Shown piece by piece: positions 18,094 to 27,932 of a stretch of 64,000 bases of DNA (the first letter of the stretch is position 1; every line of letters begins with the position of its first letter). Position numbers and translations under genes: made by a program. Source of the stretch: Escherichia virus TH41; the sequence record MT446412.1; one strand, written 5' to 3'. A model generated the notes under the pieces. That model made no database searches. It saw nothing but the letters and a program-made list of their open reading frames with translations, and was not told the DNA's origin.

Positions 18094-19187
18094 TAGAAAC
18101 CTTCCGCATATAGTGAGCCACGGTTAAGCGTAATGATTTCACGGAAAGTGATTTCAAGTACAAAAGTCGATGGCAGGTTAGGAGCAATAGCTAATCCACC
18201 GAAATGACCATCCGGAGATTTATCGAATCTTATGCTCTGAATCTGACATGGCCCAAATAGCTCCCCACGGCCATCGTACGAGCTTGTATCACCGAAGTTG
18301 CGGATATACCAGATAGTAGGGTTAGAGACCACCAGAACGTTCGTTAGGAAGCTTGTTATCTCTTCACCGAGCAACTTGCCGTCAAAGTTATCGATTGCTT
18401 CCTTTTTGAAGGTGGATTTATACCATGTATCGATTTTATCTTTCAGCTCGGAAGCAAACGAACTTTTACCGGTTTCCCCATAGGAGTAATAGTTAAAAAT
18501 CTCGTATATCTTCACTATCTGGATTAAGTCCTGGGCCGAACGTGGAGTCATTTCCCAGGTGTAAACTTTTGTCCTGTTATCAGGACCAGCATACATGCTT
18601 CGCGCGGTTGTGTAAATCTGTTCGCCGTGGTCGGCCATTACACCATTTGTAACTGATTCGAGGGCGCCGAAAACTGCAGTCGATGCGATGTTACTAAGAA
18701 TACCTGTAGCTGAGCCGCCACCTTTCGTAATAAGAGATTCACCAACATCGTTGAATCGGTGCGATACGGATTCTACATCAGACTTCGAACGAGGCAACAG
18801 GATATTTGCAACAGCGTTTGAATCAAAACTTTTACCTGTTGAGCCAGCGCCGGTTAATTTCGATTTAGCAAAAGATGTTAAACTTTTAACCGGGTTAAAT
18901 GAAGCACCATTGGAAACTTTCTTTAATGAAGTCAATTGGCTTGACCTGTCTGAGCGTAATTCCGGAGATGTTCTTGAACTGAAATTGTATGCCGTGAATA
19001 ACAGACCATTTTTATAAAGGTCATTAACTCGCATATCATCTGAAGAATCATTACCGGAAGCTCGTTCTGCTGGATATTGCGCCACAATAGTAGCTTGAGT
19101 CTGGGCAGCTTTTGACTGCCCAGCGGAGGTCTTAGAACCTCCGTTAAATAAACCCGCAATATCAATATCGAGTTCTTTTACTTTCAT
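18093..19187 (-). CDS. 48: Baseplate tail-tube cap gp48
   Basis: 364 aa (T4 gp48 364 aa); synteny. Confidence 0.8.
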   Translation of the reverse strand: MKVKELDIDIAGLFNGGSKTSAGQSKAAQTQATIVAQYPAERASGNDSSDDMRVNDLYKNGLLFTAYNFSSRTSPELRSDRSSQLTSLKKVSNGASFNPVKSLTSFAKSKLTGAGSTGKSFDSNAVANILLPRSKSDVESVSHRFNDVGESLITKGGGSATGILSNIASTAVFGALESVTNGVMADHGEQIYTTARSMYAGPDNRTKVYTWEMTPRSAQDLIQIVKIYEIFNYYSYGETGKSSFASELKDKIDTWYKSTFKKEAIDNFDGKLLGEEITSFLTNVLVVSNPTIWYIRNFGDTSSYDGRGELFGPCQIQSIRFDKSPDGHFGGLAIAPNLPSTFVLEITFREIITLNRGSLYAEGF

Positions 19188-19195
19188 GTTATTCC

Positions 19196-20941
19196 TTAGT
19201 TAATTCTCGTGGCCTGTCTCATGCCAGGGGCAGGGGTTGAACTTTGAGGAGGCATATTGTATTGCGTCCTGGAAGTCTTCTGAATATTATTGACCGTGTT
19301 AATTTGTGCCTGAGCTGGTACATCCTTGTATTTATTTTCTTTGGCCTTCATGCCTTCGTCAACCTTCGCAGCTTGTTGTGCATCCGGAGAAGTCTTAACA
19401 TCCGGCGGTTTAACTTTCGGTTCGTCTTTGAACTTCTCGAGAGACTTATCAAGTTTTTCCAACAGGGCGCGCATATTCAGGTCTTTCGGAGCCCCACCTT
19501 TTGCCATAGCTGGGTCAGCTAATTGTTTTTCAATTTTAGCTCTCATTTCCATCGCATTCTTTTTATCGGTTGCGTCTGGCTTCATTAGGTTGTCAGCAGT
19601 TTGGGTCAAACGAATAATATCAGCCTGTGCTTTGTCACGCTTCTTGAAATAGTCCAGACGTTCTTCTTCTGGAAGGTCTCTGAAGCTTGTGTCAATACCA
19701 CCCGCGCGAAGCTGGTCAGCTTGTTCCTTGGTAAGGTTACCATATTTTTCGGCTTGATTAATTAGTTCAGGTTTATCCTTATACTTCTTATTCATCTTCT
19801 CTGCAGCTTCCATTGCTTCGGCCGAACGTTTGTCATGATATTTTGCTATCTTGGTTTGGTCTTCATCATCCAGAGTTGCCCCTGTATTTTGCTGATAAGA
19901 CATCAAAGCTGAGGCTTCCACATTATCTGCTAAATCGCCCATCCCAGGGATTTTGCTTAAGATAGCTGAAATCAGTTTCGAAATACCAAGCATAAGAAGT
20001 TGAGCCATGTTCTTCGTTAAGTTGACCATTCCGCGAATAATCGCTTCGGCTAATCCTAACCAGTTCCTTTCACTAAACATCGCTTCGGCGTTCTTAGCCC
20101 AAGTCATTAGTCCTTCAAGCAACGGTCCCCATTCTTTGAACTTATCATTAAATTCGGCCCAGCCTTTTTCGAATTGCTTCATGAAATATTGGAAGTAAAC
20201 TCGTATTGCATCGATACCGAATACCAACAACAATAATCCACCAATAAGCTTGGCTGCTTCGGCTGCTGCCGTAATTGTATATTTGAATAGCATCCCGGAG
20301 ATTCGGTCAGCTACAGAAATCGATGCCTTAAATCCTTTTTCGGTTATCTTCGAAAGGGTATCAAGCTTATCACCAAGTGACCAGGTATTAGTCTCTTTAC
20401 CTTCTGCATCGTTTTTTGGCTGTTCTGGTTCCGGAATGAAGTCTGCATCGGGCTTTTTTTCTTCTGGCGGTATGAGCGCTGGAACGCTCGCTGTGGGCTT
20501 ATTCTCTTCAGGCTCTGGTAGTGCATCCTCCACAGGTTTAAGGCTTTCAGAACCAGCCACAGGAGACGTGACGCCTATTTTACCGCTTATCATTGCACTG
20601 AGTTTGTCGAGCTTATCCGAGAGAATATCCGTGAGGTTTTTAATCCCTTGTTGAGTCTTCTCGGTGGCTTCGGCCGTTAGTTCGACCCCAGCACTGATAT
20701 CCTGGAGGACCCCATTGTTGGTCTGGATATTCTCAATAATCTGATTACCCTTATCCTCAATAGCTTCCGATACAAGTTCGGTTGCAGCTTGAGTATTTGT
20801 AAGAGTTGTATTCAGATTCGATAATTCATCATTCTGTTCAGCAGAGAGGGCTTCCGCCCTCCTTTGTGGTGCTAATTCTTCGATAAGCTTTTTATTAGGT
20901 CCACCGCGTCTGAAGCTCGTTTGTTCGGAGTTTTTATTCAT
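19196..20941 (-). CDS. 29: Tail-length tape-measure / baseplate hub protein gp29
   Basis: 581 aa, extended helical low-complexity protein in the gp29 position. Confidence 0.75.
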   Translation of the reverse strand: MNKNSEQTSFRRGGPNKKLIEELAPQRRAEALSAEQNDELSNLNTTLTNTQAATELVSEAIEDKGNQIIENIQTNNGVLQDISAGVELTAEATEKTQQGIKNLTDILSDKLDKLSAMISGKIGVTSPVAGSESLKPVEDALPEPEENKPTASVPALIPPEEKKPDADFIPEPEQPKNDAEGKETNTWSLGDKLDTLSKITEKGFKASISVADRISGMLFKYTITAAAEAAKLIGGLLLLVFGIDAIRVYFQYFMKQFEKGWAEFNDKFKEWGPLLEGLMTWAKNAEAMFSERNWLGLAEAIIRGMVNLTKNMAQLLMLGISKLISAILSKIPGMGDLADNVEASALMSYQQNTGATLDDEDQTKIAKYHDKRSAEAMEAAEKMNKKYKDKPELINQAEKYGNLTKEQADQLRAGGIDTSFRDLPEEERLDYFKKRDKAQADIIRLTQTADNLMKPDATDKKNAMEMRAKIEKQLADPAMAKGGAPKDLNMRALLEKLDKSLEKFKDEPKVKPPDVKTSPDAQQAAKVDEGMKAKENKYKDVPAQAQINTVNNIQKTSRTQYNMPPQSSTPAPGMRQATRIN

Positions 20942-21452
20942 TTAGGAGTTCCATTATTTTCAGTAACCCCTTAACAGGACCATTCGGGCCCGGGATTGCT
21001 AATGTGCTTGTTATATCGTCTGCCCACTTAGCAACAAAAGCAGGCATATCCAGAAAGTCTGGAACATCTTCCCCGAGATAAAGGGTCTCCAGGAGATTGT
21101 CAACTGGTCCGAATTCTTCATACGGTTTATTGGAGCGGAATTTAAATGTCTTTCCTTGATAAGAGAATTCAAGGCGCTGACAGATATAAACATCATCCAG
21201 CTTATATGTAAACCCATCAATCTCACGTTTGTCTTTTAGCTTACCATTAAATTCCAGAAGATGTAAAGATACAAAGTCGGATTCGGCTGCTGTAAGATTA
21301 GGGAATATCGATTGCATAATCTTTCTTAATGCAACATAAGGATTAGGTTCGTTTTTAATCAGATTGTGATGCTTGAGTCCAAGCTTGGGAACGTGAATCT
21401 CTTTATCACCCAGCTGTATTTTCTTCGTCGGCAGAATCAGTTTTAAGTTCAT
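20934..21452 (-). CDS. 28: Baseplate hub distal subunit gp28
   Basis: 172 aa from ATG 21452 with RBS GAAGG 7 nt upstream; synteny. The track ORF extends to 21494. Confidence 0.6.
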   Translation of the reverse strand: MNLKLILPTKKIQLGDKEIHVPKLGLKHHNLIKNEPNPYVALRKIMQSIFPNLTAAESDFVSLHLLEFNGKLKDKREIDGFTYKLDDVYICQRLEFSYQGKTFKFRSNKPYEEFGPVDNLLETLYLGEDVPDFLDMPAFVAKWADDITSTLAIPGPNGPVKGLLKIMELLNE

Positions 21453-22575
21453 TTTTAACCTTCGGTGGTTCTTCAACTTCGATAGGCTTACCATTGGTAA
21501 ACATATAGAGGTTTGTAATTGATGTATTGTTACTCACTTCATGAATAACTTCGTCTACGTAAAAATCATATTTGAATTGGTTCTTAGGGTCAAAGAAATT
21601 TATCTTATCACCCGGGGTCAGTTCAAAGTTCCCGTATGTTTTGCAATGTGCGTAACCGTCATATTGTGACATGGTTATTAATCGCTGAGCTTCCTCGAAA
21701 CCATTTCGGTATGTGTAATCTGCATAGCCCCCGGAACGAGATACCAGAATACTGTTTTGTCCTTCCCCAAAAGTTATTCTGGTTGCGTTCTTATCAAGGA
21801 ATGAATGCGCATACACGGTTGCGTTTTCATATGGTTTTCTTGTATGTTGGTTCGCCTTTGTTAACCATTCAAAATCGAAGGCTAAAGGAGTAGTCAGGTT
21901 TTGTACAAATTGCCCAACCAATCGAGGTTCCCCCACCACAAAATTAATTGGCTCTTGTGATGTTAGCCATTCATAATCCTGGATACTTATTCCATCAATA
22001 TCTTCCCATACAAAAACAAATTTATCAGTTTCTACCGACAGGCCAACTTCCCTTATGAATTCCATATATTGGTTCATCGAATCACACCATGGAACGTTAG
22101 GAGCATAAACGTTTATGCCGTTTATTGGTGGGGAAAGTAATGGTCTATCTTGATAAATTACCCCGGTCATTTCGACTAATGTTTCCTGTACGCTCGGGTA
22201 AAACATACGACTAAATTTCAAGTCTTCAATTTCGTGAATAGGAGCCAGCTGAATTGTAATTATGTTATCACCCTTTGAATCCACGGAAACAGCAAAGTGT
22301 TTACTTCCATATATTCTGGATTGGGTTCGGTCGGAGTTAGCATTCTTAACAGAAATCTGAATAACCTGTTCACCATTCATTTTTGTATGCAGGTTTTTCG
22401 TATCATAGAATTGCAAGAGCCCCTCGTTTCTTCCATAAAGGGAATCACGCATGGTTAACGTTGTAAAGGTGGCAGCTAGTTCCACAAAACGGTGTTCAAG
22501 CCATGCATCATAATCTTCGTAAAGGCGGATGCTGATATTAGGAAAGCCTTCACGCTGCATAGATTTAACTGTCAT
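21406..22575 (-). CDS. 27: Baseplate hub subunit gp27
   Basis: 389 aa; [20 protein letters not shown] and MFTNGKPIE regions resemble recalled T4 gp27. Confidence 0.85.
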   Translation of the reverse strand: MTVKSMQREGFPNISIRLYEDYDAWLEHRFVELAATFTTLTMRDSLYGRNEGLLQFYDTKNLHTKMNGEQVIQISVKNANSDRTQSRIYGSKHFAVSVDSKGDNIITIQLAPIHEIEDLKFSRMFYPSVQETLVEMTGVIYQDRPLLSPPINGINVYAPNVPWCDSMNQYMEFIREVGLSVETDKFVFVWEDIDGISIQDYEWLTSQEPINFVVGEPRLVGQFVQNLTTPLAFDFEWLTKANQHTRKPYENATVYAHSFLDKNATRITFGEGQNSILVSRSGGYADYTYRNGFEEAQRLITMSQYDGYAHCKTYGNFELTPGDKINFFDPKNQFKYDFYVDEVIHEVSNNTSITNLYMFTNGKPIEVEEPPKVKNELKTDSADEENTAG

Positions 22576-23324
22576 TTTTTCAAGTCCTTCTCAACTAGTG
22601 ATAAAGCAATACCTCGTTCAATAGGAATCATATGCATGATGCTATCTAGCGAATATTGATTCTTTACCAGCAAGTGGTTAATTTGATAAAATATAAAGAC
22701 TTCATCCGGGTTAAGGATAAGCTTAAAGACGTCAAGCAGGTCAGTATATTCGGTTTTGTGCTTTTCACAACAGCCATATGTAAATGGAAGATAAACCGAA
22801 TGCATTTTCTTAAGGAGTGCTTCGAGGCTCTCTATATCAATTGCATCGATAACCTGCATCTTTGTTTCTTCAGGGAGGTCTTCCCAATTGTATTTTTGTT
22901 CCGAGTCTTCGACGGTCTGGATGGTATTCAATACAAGCTCTGACTTATCTTTATATTCCACTTCAGGGAACTTAAACTGTATTTTTATCCCGGCGGTTTC
23001 CATCGTTGGATTTACTAATGGACCCTGATTCATGTTAAACAAAGTCTGCTTTGTCTTTTTACATTTTTGACATTCAAACGCTACCGGGACTTTTGTCTTA
23101 CCGATAGAGGAAGTGAATACCTTCAGGAATATGTAAGGCCTCCATGCTTTTGGATATTCTCCAAAATAATCTTCCAACAGTTCGTCTAATAATTGTTTTT
23201 GTTCTTCGACGGGTTTGTTGTTCATGTCGTTTCGCACAAGCAGTAAATCACGGTAATCAGCGACTGTAAACGGTTTGAAACGATGAACTCCGTCTGGCAT
23301 TTCACATCTTACGATATTGGCCAT
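22572..23324 (-). CDS. 51: Baseplate hub assembly catalyst gp51
   Basis: 250 aa with Cys-rich region (CQKCKK...CCEKH); synteny. Confidence 0.7.
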   Translation of the reverse strand: MANIVRCEMPDGVHRFKPFTVADYRDLLLVRNDMNNKPVEEQKQLLDELLEDYFGEYPKAWRPYIFLKVFTSSIGKTKVPVAFECQKCKKTKQTLFNMNQGPLVNPTMETAGIKIQFKFPEVEYKDKSELVLNTIQTVEDSEQKYNWEDLPEETKMQVIDAIDIESLEALLKKMHSVYLPFTYGCCEKHKTEYTDLLDVFKLILNPDEVFIFYQINHLLVKNQYSLDSIMHMIPIERGIALSLVEKDLKK

Positions 23325-23348
23325 AGAATCCCCTTTTATCTTTATTGA

Positions 23349-23360
23349 TATTTATAAATA
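23349..23360. promoter_or_regulatory. Divergent overlapping late promoters (TATTTATAAATA)
   Basis: TATAAATA on + (23353-23360, gene 26) and on - (23349-23356, gene 51) within one 12-nt element. Confidence 0.6.
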
Positions 23361-23377
23361 CAGTAAAGGAGCAAATT

Positions 23378-24001
23378 ATGACTTATGAATTTATTGTCCA
23401 AATTAAAAATAAAACTATAAATTGTAGGGCTTTTACCTTGCGCGAATACAAAGATTTGCTTCAGGCAAAATTAGAAAAGCGTATGGAACCTGCAATAATT
23501 GAACTGCTTAATAAATGCACTGATGCTAAAGGGCTAAACAAACAGGAAGCCGAGCTGCTTCTTATTAATCTCTGGGCAAATAGTCTCGGAGCTGTTAACG
23601 TCGAGCATACATGGGTATGTGAGTGCGGAAAGGAACAAGATATTCCTGTGACTATAAGTCGCGCAAACATCGTGGATGAGTCTGAAGTTATTCGTGATTT
23701 CGGGGCGTTTAAAATTAAATTCCGTTATCCTGGGCTATTTGAAGACGGTGATAAAGGAAAAATGATTGCTTGCTGTATCGAATATATTATCACGGAAGGC
23801 GGTGAGCGCATCGTTGTTGATGACTTAAATGAAGCCGAAATCGAGGACCTGTACAATGCAATTACCCTCGATGATATAAATGCACTAACAGAAGAACTTC
23901 TCAAGCCACAGGTCCAAATGGCTATTCCTATCTCTTGCGAGTGTGGAGCACATTCTGTCCATGTAATTAAGGGGCTTAAAGAATTCTTTAAGTTTATGTA
24001 A
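23378..24001 (+). CDS. 26: Baseplate hub subunit gp26
   Basis: 208 aa from ATG 23378 with RBS AAGGAG; synteny and size match T4 gp26. Confidence 0.7.
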   Translation: MTYEFIVQIKNKTINCRAFTLREYKDLLQAKLEKRMEPAIIELLNKCTDAKGLNKQEAELLLINLWANSLGAVNVEHTWVCECGKEQDIPVTISRANIVDESEVIRDFGAFKIKFRYPGLFEDGDKGKMIACCIEYIITEGGERIVVDDLNEAEIEDLYNAITLDDINALTEELLKPQVQMAIPISCECGAHSVHVIKGLKEFFKFM

Positions 24002-24391
24002 ATGAATATAAACAAAATGTATAGCGATGTGTCTCCCGACTTATCTACAAGTTGGGATAAAGACGTTGCTAAAGTAACCGGTGCAAGGTCTGTTAAGAAC
24101 AGTCTTCTGGGAATAATCACCACAAGAAAAGGGTCAAGGCCTTTTATGCCTGAATTTGGATGTGATATAAGTAATCAGCTTTTTGAGAATATCACTCCAT
24201 TAATCACAGATACCATTAAACGCAACATCGTCTCCGCTGTGCGGAACTTTGAACCAAGGATAAGCAATCTACAGGTTGCAGTTGTCCCTATGTATGATGA
24301 TAACTCCATTATCGTAACGGTTCAGTTCAGCATTGTTGATGACCCTGATACCCTCGAACAAATCAGGATTCAGCTAAGTCAAAACGGTTAA
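24002..24391 (+). CDS. 25: Baseplate wedge subunit gp25
   Basis: SLLGIITTRKGSRPFMPEFGCDISNQLFEN closely matches recalled T4 gp25. Confidence 0.8.
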   Translation: MNINKMYSDVSPDLSTSWDKDVAKVTGARSVKNSLLGIITTRKGSRPFMPEFGCDISNQLFENITPLITDTIKRNIVSAVRNFEPRISNLQVAVVPMYDDNSIIVTVQFSIVDDPDTLEQIRIQLSQNG

Positions 24392-24416
24392 TGCTTTAAT
24401 TTTATGGCTGTATAAT
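24392..24416 (+). promoter_or_regulatory. Middle promoter (MotA box aaTGCTTTA, 12 nt, TATAAT) for uvsY
   Basis: MotA-box consensus at about -30 plus -10 hexamer; followed by conserved GGTTCTAGACCC. Confidence 0.55.
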
Positions 24417-24444
24417 GGTTCTAGACCCTTACATTGGATACATT

Positions 24445-24879
24445 ATGAAAACAGAGATTGAATATAAGTTGGAAGTCTTTCAGGACGAGTTAGATGCAGA
24501 TTTAAAAATTGATGGTACACAACTTCAATATGAAACACAAAACAACGTTTTGTTGCATAGCAAATGGTTGAGATTGTATACCAACTGCAAGAAAGAAATA
24601 ATGCGTCTTGAGATTCAGAAGAAAACTGCACTGAAAAAACGACTAGACCATTATACGGGAAGGGGTGACCCAGGGGAAGAAGTATGCATGGATGTGTACG
24701 AGAAGTCAGAATTGAAAACAGTCATGGCCGCAGATTCAAGCGTGTTGAAGATTGATACTTCAATTCAATATTGGGCACTGCTCCAGGACTTCTGTAGCGC
24801 TGCATTAGATGGTGTTAAGTCACGAAGTTTCGCACTTAAACATATGTTAGAAATAAGACAATTTGAGGCGGGCAAGTAA
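24445..24879 (+). CDS. uvsY: Recombination mediator UvsY
   Basis: LQYETQNNVLLHSKWLRLY...KSELKTVMAADSSVLKIDTSIQYWALLQDFCSAALDGVKSRSFALKHMLEIRQFEAGK closely matches recalled T4 UvsY; start taken at the internal ATG 24445. Confidence 0.85.
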   Translation: MKTEIEYKLEVFQDELDADLKIDGTQLQYETQNNVLLHSKWLRLYTNCKKEIMRLEIQKKTALKKRLDHYTGRGDPGEEVCMDVYEKSELKTVMAADSSVLKIDTSIQYWALLQDFCSAALDGVKSRSFALKHMLEIRQFEAGK

Positions 24880-25112
24880 TGCGATATTCTATCGACGATG
24901 CGTTTAACCAAGACGAAGAGTTCGAAGAAGAAATTAAGTATATGATGAAGGAATGGAAATTGAATCGTGCAGATATTCGTATCTGCGCTGACCACCCTTG
25001 TGGTGAAGATGTTATCTATGTTAAAGGTAAATTTGCGGGATACATCGATGATGCGTTCTATTCTCACAATATGGGAATAGATACTGGTATGAGATACTTT
25101 AAGGAAAATTAA
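24879..25112 (+). CDS. Hypothetical protein (uvsY.-2 position)
   Basis: 77 aa ORF overlapping the uvsY stop. Confidence 0.5.
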   Translation: MRYSIDDAFNQDEEFEEEIKYMMKEWKLNRADIRICADHPCGEDVIYVKGKFAGYIDDAFYSHNMGIDTGMRYFKEN

Positions 25113-25223
25113 ATGAAAAATATTAGTAAGATTCTCGACGAGATGGTTATCTCTGCAAACCGAATAACCGAAATTGTTAATGAGATGAAAGCTCGTGCTG
25201 CTATTATGAAGAGCACTAAATAG
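25113..25223 (+). CDS. Small hypothetical protein (36 aa; not in ORF track)
   Basis: ATG with RBS AAGGAAAA; start adjacent to upstream stop. Confidence 0.3.
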   Translation: MKNISKILDEMVISANRITEIVNEMKARAAIMKSTK

Positions 25224-25251
25224 ATATGTAAGTTTAACTGAGGAGACAATC

Positions 25252-25419
25252 ATGTCAGATAAGATTTGTGTTGTCTGTAAAACTCCAATCGATTCTGCAT
25301 TGGTTGTGGATACAGACCAAGGTCCGGTGCATCCGGGCGCCTGTTATAATTATGTTCAGAGTTTGCCAGTTACGGAAAATACAGAAGAGCAACTGAACGA
25401 GACCCAACTTTTAATTTAG
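25252..25419 (+). CDS. Small Cys-containing hypothetical protein (55 aa; not in ORF track)
   Basis: RBS GAGGAG 6 nt upstream; CVVC...C pattern suggests a possible zinc ribbon. Confidence 0.3.
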   Translation: MSDKICVVCKTPIDSALVVDTDQGPVHPGACYNYVQSLPVTENTEEQLNETQLLI

Positions 25420-25445
25420 CTAGTGTTGTTAACCATTTTTGGTTT

Positions 25446-25478
25446 TGCCCCTTCCTTTTGGTTGGGGCCTTTTTATTT
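25446..25478 (+). terminator. Intrinsic terminator between convergent transcription units
   Basis: gcccc...ggggc hairpin followed by CTTTTTATTT. Confidence 0.5.
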
Positions 25479-25704
25479 AGAAATCTTCGTCTTCGTCTTC
25501 GTCCATATCCTCAAGCTCGGCACGTTTACCGGCAAGAGCGTCACGAACACTGATATCATCGGAATCTTTCAGTTCAGCTTCTTTGCTGCGTTTCTTATAA
25601 TAGCCTTCCAACTCCTTCAGACCGTCCATGGTCTGACAGGAACCAATCTTAGCCATAAAGCCTTCAATTGATGCTTCGTACATAATTTCTTCGAAGGATT
25701 TCAT
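25477..25704 (-). CDS. UvsW.1 small acidic protein
   Basis: 75 aa with acidic C-terminus (EDMDEDEDEDF), directly downstream of uvsW as in T4. Confidence 0.6.
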   Translation of the reverse strand: MKSFEEIMYEASIEGFMAKIGSCQTMDGLKELEGYYKKRSKEAELKDSDDISVRDALAGKRAELEDMDEDEDEDF

Positions 25705-27203
25705 TATATTTCCACCTGTTTAATTACATAATTGAATTTTTCGTCTGCATACCGCTGAATACGTTCTAGTGCATGTTTAAGCGCAAAGTTAATATGAACA
25801 TATTTCTTTTTAGCGTTTGCTGATTTTGGTTTGACCCCCATATCATCCACGATGTCCCACACGTTTGCGGTCGATTTGGATTCATGTTTTCGAAGCACGC
25901 GTCCAATTGTCTGGAGTACAATTACCTTTGACTTGACCGGGTGAGCGAAAATAATATGATGGAGGTTTTTAACGGAAATCCCCGTTGAGAATACACCATA
26001 TGAAGCTACAACAATAATTCCCTTTCCATTCTCTGCCATGACCTTCAGAGCATTACGAGTTTCGGTATCGACTTCCCCAGAAACATAATACACTTTTTCA
26101 TGACCAGCTTCCTTAAGCATTTCAAACATCGATTTACCATGCTCGATATTCTTAAACATCAAAAAGACGTTTTCATCTTTTTTAGAAAGCTTGAGTGCAA
26201 GGTTTGTTACCCATTTATTTCGGCGTGCAGCTTTTGTAATTACCTTGATTTCATCCTGATAAGTTTTACCTTTCATTTTAACGGTGAATTCATCAGGGTA
26301 ACGAAGGAAAATACTATTTATTTTAAGGTCAGTAACCTGACCATCTTCCATTAATTTAGATGTTGATACTGGTTTAAAGATATCACCAAACAGACCCATA
26401 TATTGCATAAGGTTGGCTTTGCCATCACGGAGTGAACCTGACAGACCAAATTTAAACATGCAATTCGTAAGGCCTTCGATAACCGTCGAAATCGATTTAC
26501 CTGTAGCCATATGACATTCGTCATTCATAAACTGACCGAACTGTTCAAACCATTCTTTAGGTTGTTTTACAGCCGTCTGATAAGTCGATACATAAATCAT
26601 CGCATCAGAATCGCGTTTAGTCCCGGAACGAATACCCAGACAAGCTGCACGAGGGAAAAGCCGATAATCAACAAAGTCATTAATCATCTGGTCAACAAGG
26701 GCCGTTGTAGGAACAAGGATAAGTACCTTGCCTTCATAGTTCTCGAGATAATATCGCGCCAGAAGCGCCTGGATGAGGCTTTTACCTGCAGACGTAGGTA
26801 AGTTCAGAATCTTTCTTCTGTTGACCAGACCATCATATACGGCGTCAGATTGATACCAATGGGGCGTTATCTTGGTATTGCCTGAATAGATTTCTTTTGA
26901 CTCGACCCATTTGTCGAATTCTTCGCGAGAGATTTCTTCTTTCTCGGTGATTTGCGGGTCAATCCAGAATGAATAACCAAACTGGTCAGCGAACTTTTTA
27001 ATTTGATTAACCAAACCGTATGGTAATTTACGATTGTAATCCAGGAGGCGGATTCGTCCGTCCCAAACTCCCTGCTTGAACTTTGGATTGAAGCGATAGT
27101 TTTCAGCTTCGAAGCTGAAGTAATCACGGAGTTCGTAGAAGATTCCATCTTCACATTCAACATGCACGTGACTAAAATTTAGAAAGTTGATTTTAATATC
27201 CAT
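25704..27203 (-). CDS. uvsW: UvsW DNA/RNA helicase
   Basis: N-terminus MDIKINFLNFSHVHVECEDG resembles T4 UvsW; SF2 helicase motifs (NLPTSAGKS, DECH); start taken at internal ATG 27203. Confidence 0.85.
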   Translation of the reverse strand: MDIKINFLNFSHVHVECEDGIFYELRDYFSFEAENYRFNPKFKQGVWDGRIRLLDYNRKLPYGLVNQIKKFADQFGYSFWIDPQITEKEEISREEFDKWVESKEIYSGNTKITPHWYQSDAVYDGLVNRRKILNLPTSAGKSLIQALLARYYLENYEGKVLILVPTTALVDQMINDFVDYRLFPRAACLGIRSGTKRDSDAMIYVSTYQTAVKQPKEWFEQFGQFMNDECHMATGKSISTVIEGLTNCMFKFGLSGSLRDGKANLMQYMGLFGDIFKPVSTSKLMEDGQVTDLKINSIFLRYPDEFTVKMKGKTYQDEIKVITKAARRNKWVTNLALKLSKKDENVFLMFKNIEHGKSMFEMLKEAGHEKVYYVSGEVDTETRNALKVMAENGKGIIVVASYGVFSTGISVKNLHHIIFAHPVKSKVIVLQTIGRVLRKHESKSTANVWDIVDDMGVKPKSANAKKKYVHINFALKHALERIQRYADEKFNYVIKQVEI

Positions 27204-27231
27204 GATGATTCCAAGGTAATAAATATATCTA

Positions 27232-27239
27232 TATTTATA
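27232..27239 (-). promoter_or_regulatory. Late promoter (TATAAATA on minus strand) for uvsW
   Basis: Reverse complement of tatttata, about 29 nt upstream of the uvsW ATG. Confidence 0.5.
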
Positions 27240-27257
27240 CACTAACCGAGGTTCATC

Positions 27258-27923
27258 ATGATTGACAAGAACTACATTGAGGAAATTCGTGTCCTCGAGA
27301 AAAAAGAAGCCAAAGAAAAATTAGCCGAATACGCAGCATCACTTGGTGTTGATGTTAAGAAAACAAAAACCTTTGATAATATGTTGGCCGACCTGGAAGC
27401 AGGACTTAAAGCATTTGCTGACATGCCTATGCCTGATGATAATGAAGGCCTGAGCATCACTGACCTTATCGACGCCGATGATGAATTGTCAGGTGCTAAA
27501 TTTGATGGCGACGAGTCAGCTAAAGAAGAAGCTAAACTCTTATTTGATGCTCCAACCGAAGCAAAGGTTGAAGTTGTTGAAATCGAAGAACCAGTTGTTG
27601 TGGTTGAAGAAGATGTTCCTTTTGTCGAAGAAAAGTTCGAAGCGGCTGTTGCTAAGGTTATCGAATCTGAAAAACCTGTATTTGCTCTGCCAAAAAACTT
27701 TAGCCCGAATTTAATGCTTATTGGTAAGAACCCTGGATTCTGTACTGTTCCATGGTGGATTTATCAGTGGATTGCCGAGACTCCAGATTGGAAAGAACGT
27801 CCAACTGCTTTCCCACATCCCACCGCGCACCAAACTCTATTCAGTTTGATTTATTACATCAATCGTAATGGGTCTGTTCTAGTACGAGAAACTCGTAACT
27901 CATCTTTTGTCACTTTAAAATAA
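27258..27923 (+). CDS. Hypothetical protein in the position of T4 inh (prohead protease inhibitor); synteny only
   Basis: 221 aa (T4 Inh about 226 aa), directly upstream of hoc; acidic Ala/Glu-rich middle region. Confidence 0.4.
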   Translation: MIDKNYIEEIRVLEKKEAKEKLAEYAASLGVDVKKTKTFDNMLADLEAGLKAFADMPMPDDNEGLSITDLIDADDELSGAKFDGDESAKEEAKLLFDAPTEAKVEVVEIEEPVVVVEEDVPFVEEKFEAAVAKVIESEKPVFALPKNFSPNLMLIGKNPGFCTVPWWIYQWIAETPDWKERPTAFPHPTAHQTLFSLIYYINRNGSVLVRETRNSSFVTLK

Positions 27924-27932
27924 GGGTTTATT

